A stretch of 64,000 nucleotides of DNA from Trueperaceae bacterium (GTDB taxonomy: Bacteria; Deinococcota; Deinococci; Deinococcales; Trueperaceae), in contig OZ243927.1 in the NCBI GenBank assembly GCA_965213925.1, forward strand, positions 576,001-640,000, read 5' to 3'. A program made the translations under genes and the position numbers. Within the stretch, counting starts at the first letter, position 1, and each line of letters starts with the position of its first letter. Under the pieces are notes generated by a model that made no database searches, was not told the origin of the DNA, and saw only the letters and a list, made by a program, of their open reading frames with translations. This document shows positions 1-9,415 of the stretch, piece after piece.

Positions 1-753
1 GGCTTGCGCAACGACAGCAACGGCGGCTTGGTCTTCCACTTCAGCGTCGACGACTCCGCGCTGGGCAACGAGAGCAAAGAGAAAAGTGGCAGCAACAACT
101 ACGGCGTGCGCGTGAAAAACGGCGCGGTGTTGAACCAAAAGATCGAGGGCTTGACCGTCGCGACCAACCAAGCGATGTACGTCCAGGGCGACTATAACGC
201 GGACGACAGGAAGAAGAAACCCGCCTCTTTCCTAGCCGACTCGCTCAACATCTTGTCCAACGACTGGAAAGACTTGACGGATAGCGAAGGCAATGAATGC
301 TCCAGCCGAAGGAAGAACAAGTGTTTCGACGCCGAAGGTCGTAACCTCGCTAAAACCCGCAAAGCCTCGGACACGACGATCAACGCGGCGTTCCTTGCGG
401 GCGTAGACAAATCGGACGCTGAAAAGAACAAGTATAACGGCGGACTCGAAAACTACCCCCGGATGCACGAGAACTGGTCGGGACGAGACCTCAACCTGCT
501 CGGCTCGTTCGTGAGCTTGGGCGAACCCAAGCACGTCAAGGGCGGGTGGAAGTACGGCAACCCTCAATACACCGCCCCTAGCCGCAACTGGAACTACGAC
601 ACGGACTTCAACAACGCGGCAAATCTACCGCCGCTCAGCCCTCGCTTCGTCAACCTCGTGCAGCAGCTTTTCACGCGCAGTTTCGAAAGCGACGACTGGC
701 AGTTGACGAACCCAGACCTCTCTCAAGAGCAGACAACGCCAAACTCTTACTAA
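1..753 (+). CDS. C-terminal part of a large pilus-associated protein (PilX-N / HpsA-like C-terminus); 5' end lies outside the window
   Basis: Frame open from base 1. Motifs YVQGDYN, YNGGLENYPRMHENWSG, GSFVSLG and Y-x-AP-x-RNWNYDTDF...LPPLSPRF resemble this C-terminal family. Confidence 0.55.
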   Translation, partial: GLRNDSNGGLVFHFSVDDSALGNESKEKSGSNNYGVRVKNGAVLNQKIEGLTVATNQAMYVQGDYNADDRKKKPASFLADSLNILSNDWKDLTDSEGNECSSRRKNKCFDAEGRNLAKTRKASDTTINAAFLAGVDKSDAEKNKYNGGLENYPRMHENWSGRDLNLLGSFVSLGEPKHVKGGWKYGNPQYTAPSRNWNYDTDFNNAANLPPLSPRFVNLVQQLFTRSFESDDWQLTNPDLSQEQTTPNSY

Positions 754-775
754 CGTCATACTCTTGACTAAAACC

Positions 776-801
776 AACGCCGCCCCAGTTGAGGCGGCGT
801 T
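776..801. terminator. Intrinsic terminator hairpin between convergent genes
   Basis: AACGCCGCC-8nt-GGCGGCGTT, with A-rich left and T-rich right flanks. Confidence 0.75.
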
Positions 802-834
802 ATTTCTATTTTGCAGACATCTCGTTCAAACTGC

Positions 835-2118
835 CTACGGGTTAAACGCCAATACAATCTGCCCGTCGATAAACATACGCAGCTCCGCCTCGCCGTACAC
901 CTCGACCGAGTCGTTGATGGCTTCGTCGGCGGGCATCGAGCGGCTGATGACGGTGCGCTCGCCCTCCGCGTCGGTCACGTCTAGGCGGAATTCGTAGGGC
1001 TTGCCGCGCAGAAAGGAACCGTAGATCGCAGGGTCGAAGTTGACGGGGATGGTGCGTCCATCGCCTCGTTGGGGGTTGTTCACGCCCGCGTTCTGGTCTC
1101 CTTCGTTAGCCCTAGCGTCGCCCCCACCGGGATTATTAGGCCTGGACCCGTCAGGTCGAAATGCCCCCGCCGAGCCGTTGACGCGCAGGGCGACGGGCGT
1201 GCCGCGCAGCGTGTGACCGCTCGGATTGACCTCTAAAACGCCCGGAGGTTGGGCAGGGTCATAAGGTTCCTCATTGACCCACACGACGCGCAGCCCGGCG
1301 GAGCGGAGCGCTTGCTCGGCGCGTTCTATGGGCAAGCCTCTCACGTTGGGCACGCGCACCACTCGTCCGCCGCTCAGTGAGTAGTAGAGCGTGACGGGCG
1401 CGCTGACCTGGGCGCGCTGACCTGGGCGCGGGTTCTGCGCGTTGACGCCCGCGCGACCTAAGCGCGTCGGCACCTCCTCGATGCGGCGAAAGCCGAGACC
1501 CTCCAAGCGCCTCCGCGCCTCCTCCACGGGGAGACCGACCAGGTCGGGCAGGTCCACCTCGCGCTCCTCTTGCCCGCGGCTGACGGTGATGTTCACGCCG
1601 CTGCCCGCCCCGAGCAGTTCGCCCGCCTGGGGCGACTGACCGATGATCTGTCCCTCGGGCTCGGGGCTGTACTGGTAAGTGACCTCACCGAGTTGGAGAC
1701 CCCGGTCGGAGAGCTGCGCGGCGATGTCGTTTTGAGTGAGACCGACTAAGCTCGGCGCACGCGTGTCGCCGGGTGGCGCGTGCACGCCCACGCTGACGCT
1801 GCGGCCGCGGCGCACCACCACGCCCGCCGCGGGGTTTTGCGAGGTGACGCTGTCAACGCGCGCCCCCGGCACGTTCTCGGTGTAGGGCGCAGCTTGCAGA
1901 CCGACCTCTCTAAGCGCGGCTCTGGCAGCCTCAAAGTCAGTGCCGATAACCGCAGGTACGCGCACCTCGGCGACCTGGAGGTAACGGCTCCCCAACACGA
2001 CGATAAAGCCTGCCAGCGCCAGCAGCAAAAGGACGAGGAGGATAAGGCGCAACCCTTTGCCGTAGCCCCCTCTATTCGTAGTGTCCGCGCGTCCGTCGCG
2101 GCGTGATCGAGTCAACAC
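835..2118 (-). CDS. Membrane-anchored PASTA-repeat protein (about 4 PASTA domains, no kinase domain)
   Basis: One TM helix followed by repeated VP.V.G...A...L...GL...Q.P..G units. Start moved to GTG 2118 (TAGACT -10 lies 7 nt upstream). Confidence 0.85.
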   Translation of the reverse strand: MLTRSRRDGRADTTNRGGYGKGLRLILLVLLLLALAGFIVVLGSRYLQVAEVRVPAVIGTDFEAARAALREVGLQAAPYTENVPGARVDSVTSQNPAAGVVVRRGRSVSVGVHAPPGDTRAPSLVGLTQNDIAAQLSDRGLQLGEVTYQYSPEPEGQIIGQSPQAGELLGAGSGVNITVSRGQEEREVDLPDLVGLPVEEARRRLEGLGFRRIEEVPTRLGRAGVNAQNPRPGQRAQVSAPVTLYYSLSGGRVVRVPNVRGLPIERAEQALRSAGLRVVWVNEEPYDPAQPPGVLEVNPSGHTLRGTPVALRVNGSAGAFRPDGSRPNNPGGGDARANEGDQNAGVNNPQRGDGRTIPVNFDPAIYGSFLRGKPYEFRLDVTDAEGERTVISRSMPADEAINDSVEVYGEAELRMFIDGQIVLAFNP

Positions 2119-2310
2119 AGAGTGTAGTCTAGCATTCGGAACTTCTCTAAGGTGAAACGTGGCGACGCCGCGCTCACGCTTCGGCTCGGCAGCGCGTTCA
2201 AACCGTTTATAAGGGCGAAAGAGGTCTCCTCCTACGCTTAGAATCCAAGCCAAAGGAGTACGCCCGAACGCGCATTTGCCGCTACGCATTTATTGTTATG
2301 ATGCCCAAAT

Positions 2311-2946
2311 ATGGCATCTCCAACCCTCGTTACGTTAGCCTCGACCCCGCAGCTCGAGTCCGAACTCGCCGCCCTGCAAAGGCTGAGCGACGCCGGTCTC
2401 ACCCTCGCGCCGCTGCGCGTCGTTCCAGCCGAGGTCGAAGAGACCTTCTACCGCACGAACAACTTGCCCACGCAACTGAGCGCCCTCTTTAGCGGGCTCG
2501 ACCTCAGCGACCCCGACGAAGATGATATCGAAGAACTCGCGCCCGAAGCGCAGGACCTGCTCAAGGCACACTTTTTGCTGGACGAAACCATCGACCTCTT
2601 CTATGAAGGGCTATCCTCCTTGCCGAGCCGCGTGCGGGTGCGCCGCCCCGACTCAGCAAACGCCCAAGAACCGGGACGCACCGCCACGCGCGGACGCCCA
2701 GCGCTCATCGCACTCAAAAACACCTGGGTGGACGACTGGTCGTTCGAGTCACTCATGAAACGCTTAGAGAAGAACCACAGCGTCGCGCTGCAGGCGCGTC
2801 CAGTTATCATCAGCGCGAGCGGCTTAGAAAACGCACCCGACCTCAGCGAACGCGCCGCCGAGATTCTAGGGAAGCAAGTCAGCGTGCTGCGTGAACCCGA
2901 CATGGGTATTACAGGTGTGCGCTTTCAAGGCTCGACTAGCGGATAG
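2311..2946 (+). CDS. Conserved hypothetical protein (weak resemblance to the PEP synthase/PPDK N-terminal region)
   Basis: 211-aa ORF with typical codon usage; TATGAT -10 just upstream. Confidence 0.6.
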   Translation: MASPTLVTLASTPQLESELAALQRLSDAGLTLAPLRVVPAEVEETFYRTNNLPTQLSALFSGLDLSDPDEDDIEELAPEAQDLLKAHFLLDETIDLFYEGLSSLPSRVRVRRPDSANAQEPGRTATRGRPALIALKNTWVDDWSFESLMKRLEKNHSVALQARPVIISASGLENAPDLSERAAEILGKQVSVLREPDMGITGVRFQGSTSG

Positions 2947-3027
2947 GTCCACCGGCTGACCTTCCTTTGTTCTCATGCGTCGGCTAAGCTACGCGCGTTC
3001 GTATCTCTAGGACGCTAAGCTAAACGT

Positions 3028-3918
3028 GTGCCCTGGCTCATTCCCCGCTCTATACCTCCCTCCGCCGACAAGACCCTCGTCCACTTCATCGGCGGGCTCG
3101 CCGAGCAGCTTGACGACCCCGGTTTGGACCGCAACGACGTCGTGCGTGACGTTCTCGCGCAGGTCATGTACGCTAAACCTTACGCGGAGTTAGAGGCGGT
3201 CTCCCCTATCGCCGCGCTCGCATTGGACCCGCGCAACGTCACCTTCGAGGCGGAGCACTACATCGCCACCGACCAGGCGAAGTTCGCCCGCGTCAAACCG
3301 CTTCTGTGGCTCTGGAAGAGCTTGGACGGGACGCCGCTAGGACAGTCGATCGAAAGCGGCGTGCGCATCCGGCAAATGCTGGCTGAGCGCATCTTCGCTC
3401 GAGCGGGTAAAAACTTGAAAATATTCCAAAACGTCGAGGTCTCGGTGGGTTACAACATCGAAGCGGGCGACGACGTGACGATTCACCGCCACGTGTTCAT
3501 CGACGATATCGGCGGGGTTAAGCTCTTCGATAACTCGAGCCTCTCTGACTACGTCAACGTTTACAGCCACACACACAGCATTTTAGACGTGCCCGACGTA
3601 ACGCTCAAAGAAACGGTTATCGGTAAAGGCGTGCGCGTCGCCTACCACGCGACGGTTTTAGCGGGTACGGTTTTGAGCGACGACAGCATGATGGGCGCGT
3701 TCGCGCTCGCCACGCGCGACTTCGAGCCGCACGTGGTAGGTTTGGGCATCCCTGCTAAGCCGCGCGTGTGGAAAGAGCGTGGGGGCGACGCGCGCTTTTC
3801 AGAGCTAGAGGTTGACGCGGCGGCGTATCCGCGTAAGTCTGAGGTAAGAGCGAACCCCGATTATGCTGAGAAAGAAAATACCGATAAAGAGGCTGTATCT
3901 GAAAAAGAATCCGCTTAG
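3028..3918 (+). CDS. Hexapeptide-repeat (left-handed beta-helix) acyltransferase
   Basis: Repeats such as NIEAGDDVTIHRHVFIDD and TVIGKGVRVAYHATVLAG, plus the G-I-P-A-K motif. Confidence 0.85.
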   Translation: MPWLIPRSIPPSADKTLVHFIGGLAEQLDDPGLDRNDVVRDVLAQVMYAKPYAELEAVSPIAALALDPRNVTFEAEHYIATDQAKFARVKPLLWLWKSLDGTPLGQSIESGVRIRQMLAERIFARAGKNLKIFQNVEVSVGYNIEAGDDVTIHRHVFIDDIGGVKLFDNSSLSDYVNVYSHTHSILDVPDVTLKETVIGKGVRVAYHATVLAGTVLSDDSMMGAFALATRDFEPHVVGLGIPAKPRVWKERGGDARFSELEVDAAAYPRKSEVRANPDYAEKENTDKEAVSEKESA

Positions 3919-3931
3919 ACGTTCCTCGAGG

Positions 3932-4333
3932 TCAATCTTTGTCGGATAGACGCAGCAGTCCCGCCGAGGTCATTTGAAATCCACAACGGGCGTAGAAACC
4001 CTCCAAGTGTGGCTCGTAATCGACGTGCAGCCAACTTACGCCTCTAGCCTTTGCGACCTCGACCGCTTTCGCAACGAGCGCTGTACCGACGCCGCGCCGC
4101 TGCATCTCGGGGTGAACGGTTGTATTGAGCAAAAAAGCGTGAACGCCGCTGTCCCAAGCGAGATTGACAAAGCCGACGAGTCGCCCTGTTGAGTAGGCGC
4201 AAACGTACGCCAAGCTCTGCTGCAGAATAGGCGAGAAGTTCCGCTCCTCGTGATTGGACCACGACGCTGCAAAGAGCGCGTTGAGCGTACCGTTGGACAC
4301 TTCAGGGCTAACCAGTAGCGCAATATCCTTCAT
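3932..4333 (-). CDS. GNAT family N-acetyltransferase
   Basis: V-HPEMQRRGVGTAL acetyl-CoA motif and FYARCGF. Confidence 0.9.
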   Translation of the reverse strand: MKDIALLVSPEVSNGTLNALFAASWSNHEERNFSPILQQSLAYVCAYSTGRLVGFVNLAWDSGVHAFLLNTTVHPEMQRRGVGTALVAKAVEVAKARGVSWLHVDYEPHLEGFYARCGFQMTSAGLLRLSDKD

Positions 4334-4365
4334 CGTCTGCCCAGTGTAGCGCCCCCAGACCAAAC

Positions 4366-4396
4366 AAAAAGACCGAAGCAGAACTTCGGTCTTTTT
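4366..4396 (-). terminator. Intrinsic terminator after phaC
   Basis: AAAAAGACCGAAG-loop-CTTCGGTCTTTTT perfect hairpin. Confidence 0.85.
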
Positions 4397-4416
4397 ATTT
4401 GCGCGATTGAATAAGT

Positions 4417-5526
4417 TTAGCTACGCTTCTCCAACCACTCGGTGATAAGTGGAGGTAGATTTTTCTGCACTTTACCGCTCACGTACATGCCGATGTGACC
4501 AACGGGGAAGGCGTGCTCCTCGAAGTCGTCCGTGCCGATGTACTCACCCAACACTTGTGATGAGGTCGGTGGAACGAGGTGGTCTTGCTCGGCGTAAACG
4601 TTGAGAACGGGCACCTTCACGTCTTTCAAGTTGACCTTTTTGCCGCCCAGCTCGACCTCGCCTTTAATGAACTTGTTGTCCTGGTAGAAGTCTTTAATGA
4701 ACTGGCGGAACGCCTCGCCTGCCTGGTCGGGCGAGTCGAAAATCCACTTCTCCATGCGGAGGAAGTTCTCCAACTTGTCCTCGTCGTCCATGAGGTTAAT
4801 CATGCCGACGTATTTGCCAAGACCCAGCGAGAAGGGGCGGAGCATCAGGTAGCCGAAATTCATAAAGCTGCCGCCGACGTTGCCCAGCGTGTCCACCATC
4901 AGGTCGACGTCCATCGCCTCTTTACCGAAACCTTCCGCGCCGGACCATTTGTTGAGGAGCCCTTCTTTGGCGTGAAAGTCCACGGGCGTGACCATCGTGA
5001 TGAGGTTTTTGACCTTGTCGGGGTGGAGCGCGGCGTAGCAGAGGCTAAAGGCTCCCCCTTGGCAAATGCCCATGATGTTGATGGCGTCTAGCTCGTGGCG
5101 CTCGCGCACGGCGTCTACGAAGGTGTCCAAGTAGTCGTTGATATAGTCATCCAGCGTGCGGAAGCGGTCGCCGCGACGGGGGTAGCCCCAGTCGATGAGG
5201 TAGACGTCCACGCCGCGCTCCAAGAGGTTGCGCACCAAGGAGCGGTCCGGCTGCAAATCCACCATGTACGGGCGGTTCACCAGCGCGTAGGAGATGAGCA
5301 GCGGGACAGGGTGCGGGTTCTCGACCATCGGCGTGTAGCGGTACAAGGTCATGTTTTCAATGCGCATGACCTCTTCTTTAGGCGTCTCACCTACCTTGAT
5401 GTCTTCTTCGTTCAACTTGCCTAAGTTCTCTAGGCCCTGCAAGAACTTCTTGTTGACCTGCGCGAACTCGCGGGTCATCTCGGCGGGATCGAAAGGGGCG
5501 GGACTATAGGGCGCGGGATCGGGCAT
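4417..5526 (-). CDS. phaC: Class III poly(R)-hydroxyalkanoate synthase subunit PhaC
   Basis: YALVNRPYMVDLQ, lipase box GICQGG, FLRMEKWIFDSPD, DHLVPP and GHIG; about 370 aa; GGAGG RBS before ATG 5526. Confidence 0.95.
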   Translation of the reverse strand: MPDPAPYSPAPFDPAEMTREFAQVNKKFLQGLENLGKLNEEDIKVGETPKEEVMRIENMTLYRYTPMVENPHPVPLLISYALVNRPYMVDLQPDRSLVRNLLERGVDVYLIDWGYPRRGDRFRTLDDYINDYLDTFVDAVRERHELDAINIMGICQGGAFSLCYAALHPDKVKNLITMVTPVDFHAKEGLLNKWSGAEGFGKEAMDVDLMVDTLGNVGGSFMNFGYLMLRPFSLGLGKYVGMINLMDDEDKLENFLRMEKWIFDSPDQAGEAFRQFIKDFYQDNKFIKGEVELGGKKVNLKDVKVPVLNVYAEQDHLVPPTSSQVLGEYIGTDDFEEHAFPVGHIGMYVSGKVQKNLPPLITEWLEKRS

Positions 5527-6850
5527 CTGCGCCTCCTTCCTCGTTACTAGGCGCGTCACTATTCAGATACTCGAGGATGTTCTTCGCGCGGCTAGGTCCA
5601 ATACCGTTGAGCGCGACGAGTTCTTCTTCTGCGGTCGGCACAGCCTCGAACGTGGCGACGCCTGCCGCGAGTAAAAAGTCACGCTCGGGCATGTCGTCGG
5701 GCAGAGGCGTACTGTTGTCACCGGTAGGTGCGTCTGCAGGGGCGTCCGTAAGCGCAGGTTGCGTAAGAAAAGCGTTCACTTCGCGGAGCTGCCGCTTTAC
5801 GGCGCGCAACTCCTTGCGGAGTTCGTAGATATTCTGGTGCGCTTCGTCCACTTCGGTGCGCGTGGGCAGGCCGCGCGACTCTAAAAACGCCTCTTGCAGC
5901 GCCTCTTCGCGCTTGCGGTACAGCATCGTCGCGCTCAGCAATTTGCCTTGCGTGCGGATGTACTCGGGCGAGCGGAACTCCTCGACGAAGACTTTGTCCG
6001 CGACGGTGATCCACTTCTGGATGAGCGCTTGATAGCTAGAGACGCTCTCGCCCTTTTGCGAAAGCGCAAGCATCTCGTCCATGATGGCGCTAAAGGCTTT
6101 GCCGGAAATCGTCGCGAGTTGGGCGCTGTAGTCCACGCTGCTGCGCTGCACATCCACCCAAGCGTCAAAGCTTTGCAAGAGCCTCTGGTTGGTCTCGCGG
6201 GTATAGCCTAGGGTCGGGCTCGAGGCGTAGCGCCCCACGGTTTTCTCAAAGGCGTCCCAGAAGACGTTGCTGAGCCCCATCATATTACCGCTCATCACGT
6301 TCTCTAGCGACATAGAAGGCATCTCTTTGAAGGGCTCTATCCAGAGCTGCATGACGTTCTGGCTCTCCTCTAGGTAGGCTTGCCACAGCTCCATGACGCT
6401 CTGCGATTCCTGAAAACCGCTCGCGGCGGCGTCCAGCCACTGCGACTGCACCTCTTGGGTGTACTGCGCGAGGGCGTCGGACCAGTTACCCGACGCCATC
6501 TGCGGCGCGAGGTCCTGCCACGCCTTCGAGGTCATCTCCAAAAGTTGCAGCATCATGTTCTGACCGGCAATTGCGCCTTCAGCAGTGCTCCGGGCGGTGC
6601 CGTTCGCGCTCGCCGCGTCACCTGATACGCTGCTCGACCAAGCTTGTAAGCTCTGCTCGGTCAGCTCGCGCCACTTTTCAGTCGCCTCGAGGTAGGGGTT
6701 CATGTACGGGTTGGATGCGGACATCGTCTTCGCCGCGTCCATCCAACCGTCCCACAGGTTCTTCTGCATCTCGACTTGCATCTGGGTCCAGGCGTCCAAC
6801 ATACCGCCTTGACCGTTTACTACCGGATTCGTAGGAATTCTAGTCGCCAT
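5504..6850 (-). CDS. phaE: Class III PHA synthase subunit PhaE with C-terminal helix-hairpin-helix extension
   Basis: P-x-LGYTRE, W...AD..F...FRSPEY...QGKL and GLPTRTEVDE PhaE motifs; overlaps phaC; tail LVALNGIGPSRAKNIL. Confidence 0.9.
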   Translation of the reverse strand: MATRIPTNPVVNGQGGMLDAWTQMQVEMQKNLWDGWMDAAKTMSASNPYMNPYLEATEKWRELTEQSLQAWSSSVSGDAASANGTARSTAEGAIAGQNMMLQLLEMTSKAWQDLAPQMASGNWSDALAQYTQEVQSQWLDAAASGFQESQSVMELWQAYLEESQNVMQLWIEPFKEMPSMSLENVMSGNMMGLSNVFWDAFEKTVGRYASSPTLGYTRETNQRLLQSFDAWVDVQRSSVDYSAQLATISGKAFSAIMDEMLALSQKGESVSSYQALIQKWITVADKVFVEEFRSPEYIRTQGKLLSATMLYRKREEALQEAFLESRGLPTRTEVDEAHQNIYELRKELRAVKRQLREVNAFLTQPALTDAPADAPTGDNSTPLPDDMPERDFLLAAGVATFEAVPTAEEELVALNGIGPSRAKNILEYLNSDAPSNEEGGADARSRAL

Positions 6851-6851
6851 G

Positions 6852-7385
6852 TTACTTCGCGGCTTTGGCCGTTTTTTGACCCGCTTCGGTCGCCTGTTGC
6901 GCCATGTCCTTCTGGGCATCACTCACCTGTTTCGCGGCATCTTGCCAGGTCTCCATCATGCGCTGACCCTGATCCTGCCAGCTCTCCATGCCCGCGCCGC
7001 TGCCGTAGTTGCGCGCCATCTCGAAGTACATGTGCGCGAGGTTCTTCTGCGAGGCGGTCGCGTTCATGACGATCTCTTGGAGCTGCTTTGCGCCCTCGTT
7101 CATAGGCTCGGGCAGGCGCATCATGTTCGTCATGTTCTGCATGTACATGCGCGTCATCTCGGCTTGAAAGTCGAAACCTTTCGCGACGGAGTCTTCCATG
7201 ATGTCGAGCGCTTTTTTGCGGTCGCCCTCTAACTCAGATGCGCTGCTCTTCGTGCCCATGCCCATCATCGTTTGCATAATCTGCGTGTAGTTGTCGAGCA
7301 TCTGCTTCTGGGTGTCCATCCAGGTTTTCGTGAGCTGCTCGCCCTGCTTCATCGCTTCTTGTGCTTGTCTGTTAAAATCGCTCAT
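6852..7385 (-). CDS. Putative phasin / PHA granule-associated protein
   Basis: Q/M/A-rich helical 177-aa protein with a K/A-rich tail; AGGAG RBS; stop lies 1 nt from the phaE start. Confidence 0.6.
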   Translation of the reverse strand: MSDFNRQAQEAMKQGEQLTKTWMDTQKQMLDNYTQIMQTMMGMGTKSSASELEGDRKKALDIMEDSVAKGFDFQAEMTRMYMQNMTNMMRLPEPMNEGAKQLQEIVMNATASQKNLAHMYFEMARNYGSGAGMESWQDQGQRMMETWQDAAKQVSDAQKDMAQQATEAGQKTAKAAK

Positions 7386-7636
7386 CAAGAGTCTCCTTTT
7401 AGGTTTTACTGTTTGGGTTGACTGGTGTGTTTTTAGGGTATTCCGATCGATTAGCAATGAGTCGGTAATAAAAAATATCACCTGCTTTCTAGCATAACGA
7501 TTTTTTCACACAATGCAAGTAGCTGAGATGCAATTTCAGCGGTAAGGGGGACCAAAAGAGCCTAAACGCTCGTCTTTTCGTGCTGTAAGGCATCTTTAGC
7601 GGTCTCAAAAAGCAGACTTAAATCCTTTTATCTAAT

Positions 7637-8164
7637 TTAGCGCTCATCTTCTCCGTCTTCTTCCCTACCGACTTCTCCTTGACCCGGTTGACCCAGCCGC
7701 GACCACGACCTCCACCACGCACTCTGCGCTTCGAGCGTCTTCTGAACCGTGTCCTCCCACGTTTTAAGCACCTCTTTGGTCTGCTCGCTGCTCATCGCCT
7801 GACCCGTGCGGAGCGCCTGCACGGTGCGCTCGGACTCCTTGAACTTCTCCAGGAGTTCTTCGTACTTCGCCTCTAAAGCGTCGTAGCGCGACTTAGGCAC
7901 CATCCCAAAGGACGCCAACCACGCCTCGGTCATCTGGTTGAACACCTCGGGCTGACCGGACAGATTCGCAGGTAAGTTGGCAGGCGAATAAAACTGCGTC
8001 ATCATCTCGGCGAAATTTGGCGGCGCACCTCCGTCCTTAGTCTGGGCACTGCCCCTCGTCGTCTGCTGGAACATCTCATTCGCGCTGCTGCTCGCCTTGG
8101 TCGCCTCTGCCATGAACCGGAACCACGCTTCTAAAAGTTTGGGGTCATACGGGTTAGAGGTCAT
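7637..8164 (-). CDS. Hypothetical coiled-coil protein, probably PHA-associated
   Basis: GMVPKSRYDALEAKYEEL resembles the PhaE/PhaR tail motif; co-oriented with the pha genes; leaderless TAAACT-6nt-ATG. Confidence 0.55.
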   Translation of the reverse strand: MTSNPYDPKLLEAWFRFMAEATKASSSANEMFQQTTRGSAQTKDGGAPPNFAEMMTQFYSPANLPANLSGQPEVFNQMTEAWLASFGMVPKSRYDALEAKYEELLEKFKESERTVQALRTGQAMSSEQTKEVLKTWEDTVQKTLEAQSAWWRSWSRLGQPGQGEVGREEDGEDER

Positions 8165-8336
8165 GGACTTAGTTTATAGGTTTATCTCTATAAAGACTGG
8201 GCGTCGAAGCTGAGTAAAAACACAAGGTTGAGGTGAAGAGGTCTCAGGAAAAGCAGCAAAGTCTCGAGCAGGCTCTTTTAGAGGTAAAATGAGCTACTAT
8301 GGTCATTTATCTCTTTACTAGAGAGGGCTAATCTAC

Positions 8337-9284
8337 ATGTTCGATAACTTAGCAGCTTACTTCTACGAAAATTTAGCTGGCTCTTACACGGCGTATCTCG
8401 AGGTTCGCAATAACGAATCCTATGGTATGAGCAAAGACCTTCGTGCAGGAATCAGTGCAGCCACCGCCCTCTACCACGCGAGAGAGCATCTCCCTAAACA
8501 AAATCAGAAAACTAGACAACAGATTGCTAAGGAGTGCCCGGAATACGGTCTTCTCGGTGATATTACAAACGTAGCTAAACACAAGAGGGTTGATCGGAAC
8601 AACCCACAGATAACCAGCGCCGAACAGATTGCCGAAGTACTCGTGTCAACTCTCTACGAAGACGAAGAAGGATTGTATCAAGATGTATACAAAGAAGTGA
8701 CGCTAATACTAGATGATGGAACGCGCCACTACCTATCGGATTTGCTGACGGAAGTCATCAACTATTGGGGAGATGAATTCGTTCGACTTGGCATTATAGA
8801 AAGCTACAAACCATTCCCGCCCGTGTCGCATTCTGGTAATCAATACGTTAGTCGTGAAGATGCGAAAGGCACGAACGATATTGAAATGATGGGCGGAGTA
8901 CGCTTTCAGCAAACCATCTTATTTCTTAGGTATAACGCGAAATTGGAAAAGGCAGAACCAATTCTAGCTGAAGATATTAAACGCATGCGTGTCGTTTTCT
9001 ACAAGCCATCTCATGCAGCCACTCTCACTCTTGACCTAAAACTCAGCTCTGGTGAAGAGTATTCCATATCGCTCGACTCAACAGCAGAAGAGTCAGAGAA
9101 ATGGCGCTCACTAAAAACTGACGAGGAGCGCCAAGAGTTTGTAGACAATCTTTTTGGAGAAAGAGCTGAGGAAATAGACCAACTTCTCGCCGAAGCAATT
9201 GAGAACAAGAGTGATAAATCTGTTAATAGTAAAGAGCTGAGGAATGCCGCCATCGTAGCATCAGGAAAGGTTAAGAGCGTTTAA
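8337..9284 (+). CDS. Hypothetical protein of lower GC, possibly HEPN-like
   Basis: 315-aa ORF with AT-richer codons; ALYHAREH...LLGDITNVAKH motif. Confidence 0.6.
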   Translation: MFDNLAAYFYENLAGSYTAYLEVRNNESYGMSKDLRAGISAATALYHAREHLPKQNQKTRQQIAKECPEYGLLGDITNVAKHKRVDRNNPQITSAEQIAEVLVSTLYEDEEGLYQDVYKEVTLILDDGTRHYLSDLLTEVINYWGDEFVRLGIIESYKPFPPVSHSGNQYVSREDAKGTNDIEMMGGVRFQQTILFLRYNAKLEKAEPILAEDIKRMRVVFYKPSHAATLTLDLKLSSGEEYSISLDSTAEESEKWRSLKTDEERQEFVDNLFGERAEEIDQLLAEAIENKSDKSVNSKELRNAAIVASGKVKSV

Positions 9285-9415
9285 CGGCTTGCTTCCTTTC
9301 CCAACCAAATATATCGTCGTAAGCACCTCTGGAAACTTTCGCAACAACGCTTATAGCCGTGAAGATTTCATCACAGCGAGAGCCATATGGGGAGTGCTAA
9401 GGTAGGCAGGTTGAT

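Noticed and set aside
2119..2289. Long N-terminal extensions in the ORF track (PASTA protein, also pyrD, GT2, phaE, coxM)
   Set aside because: Downstream starts have better -10 or RBS support and match family N-termini.
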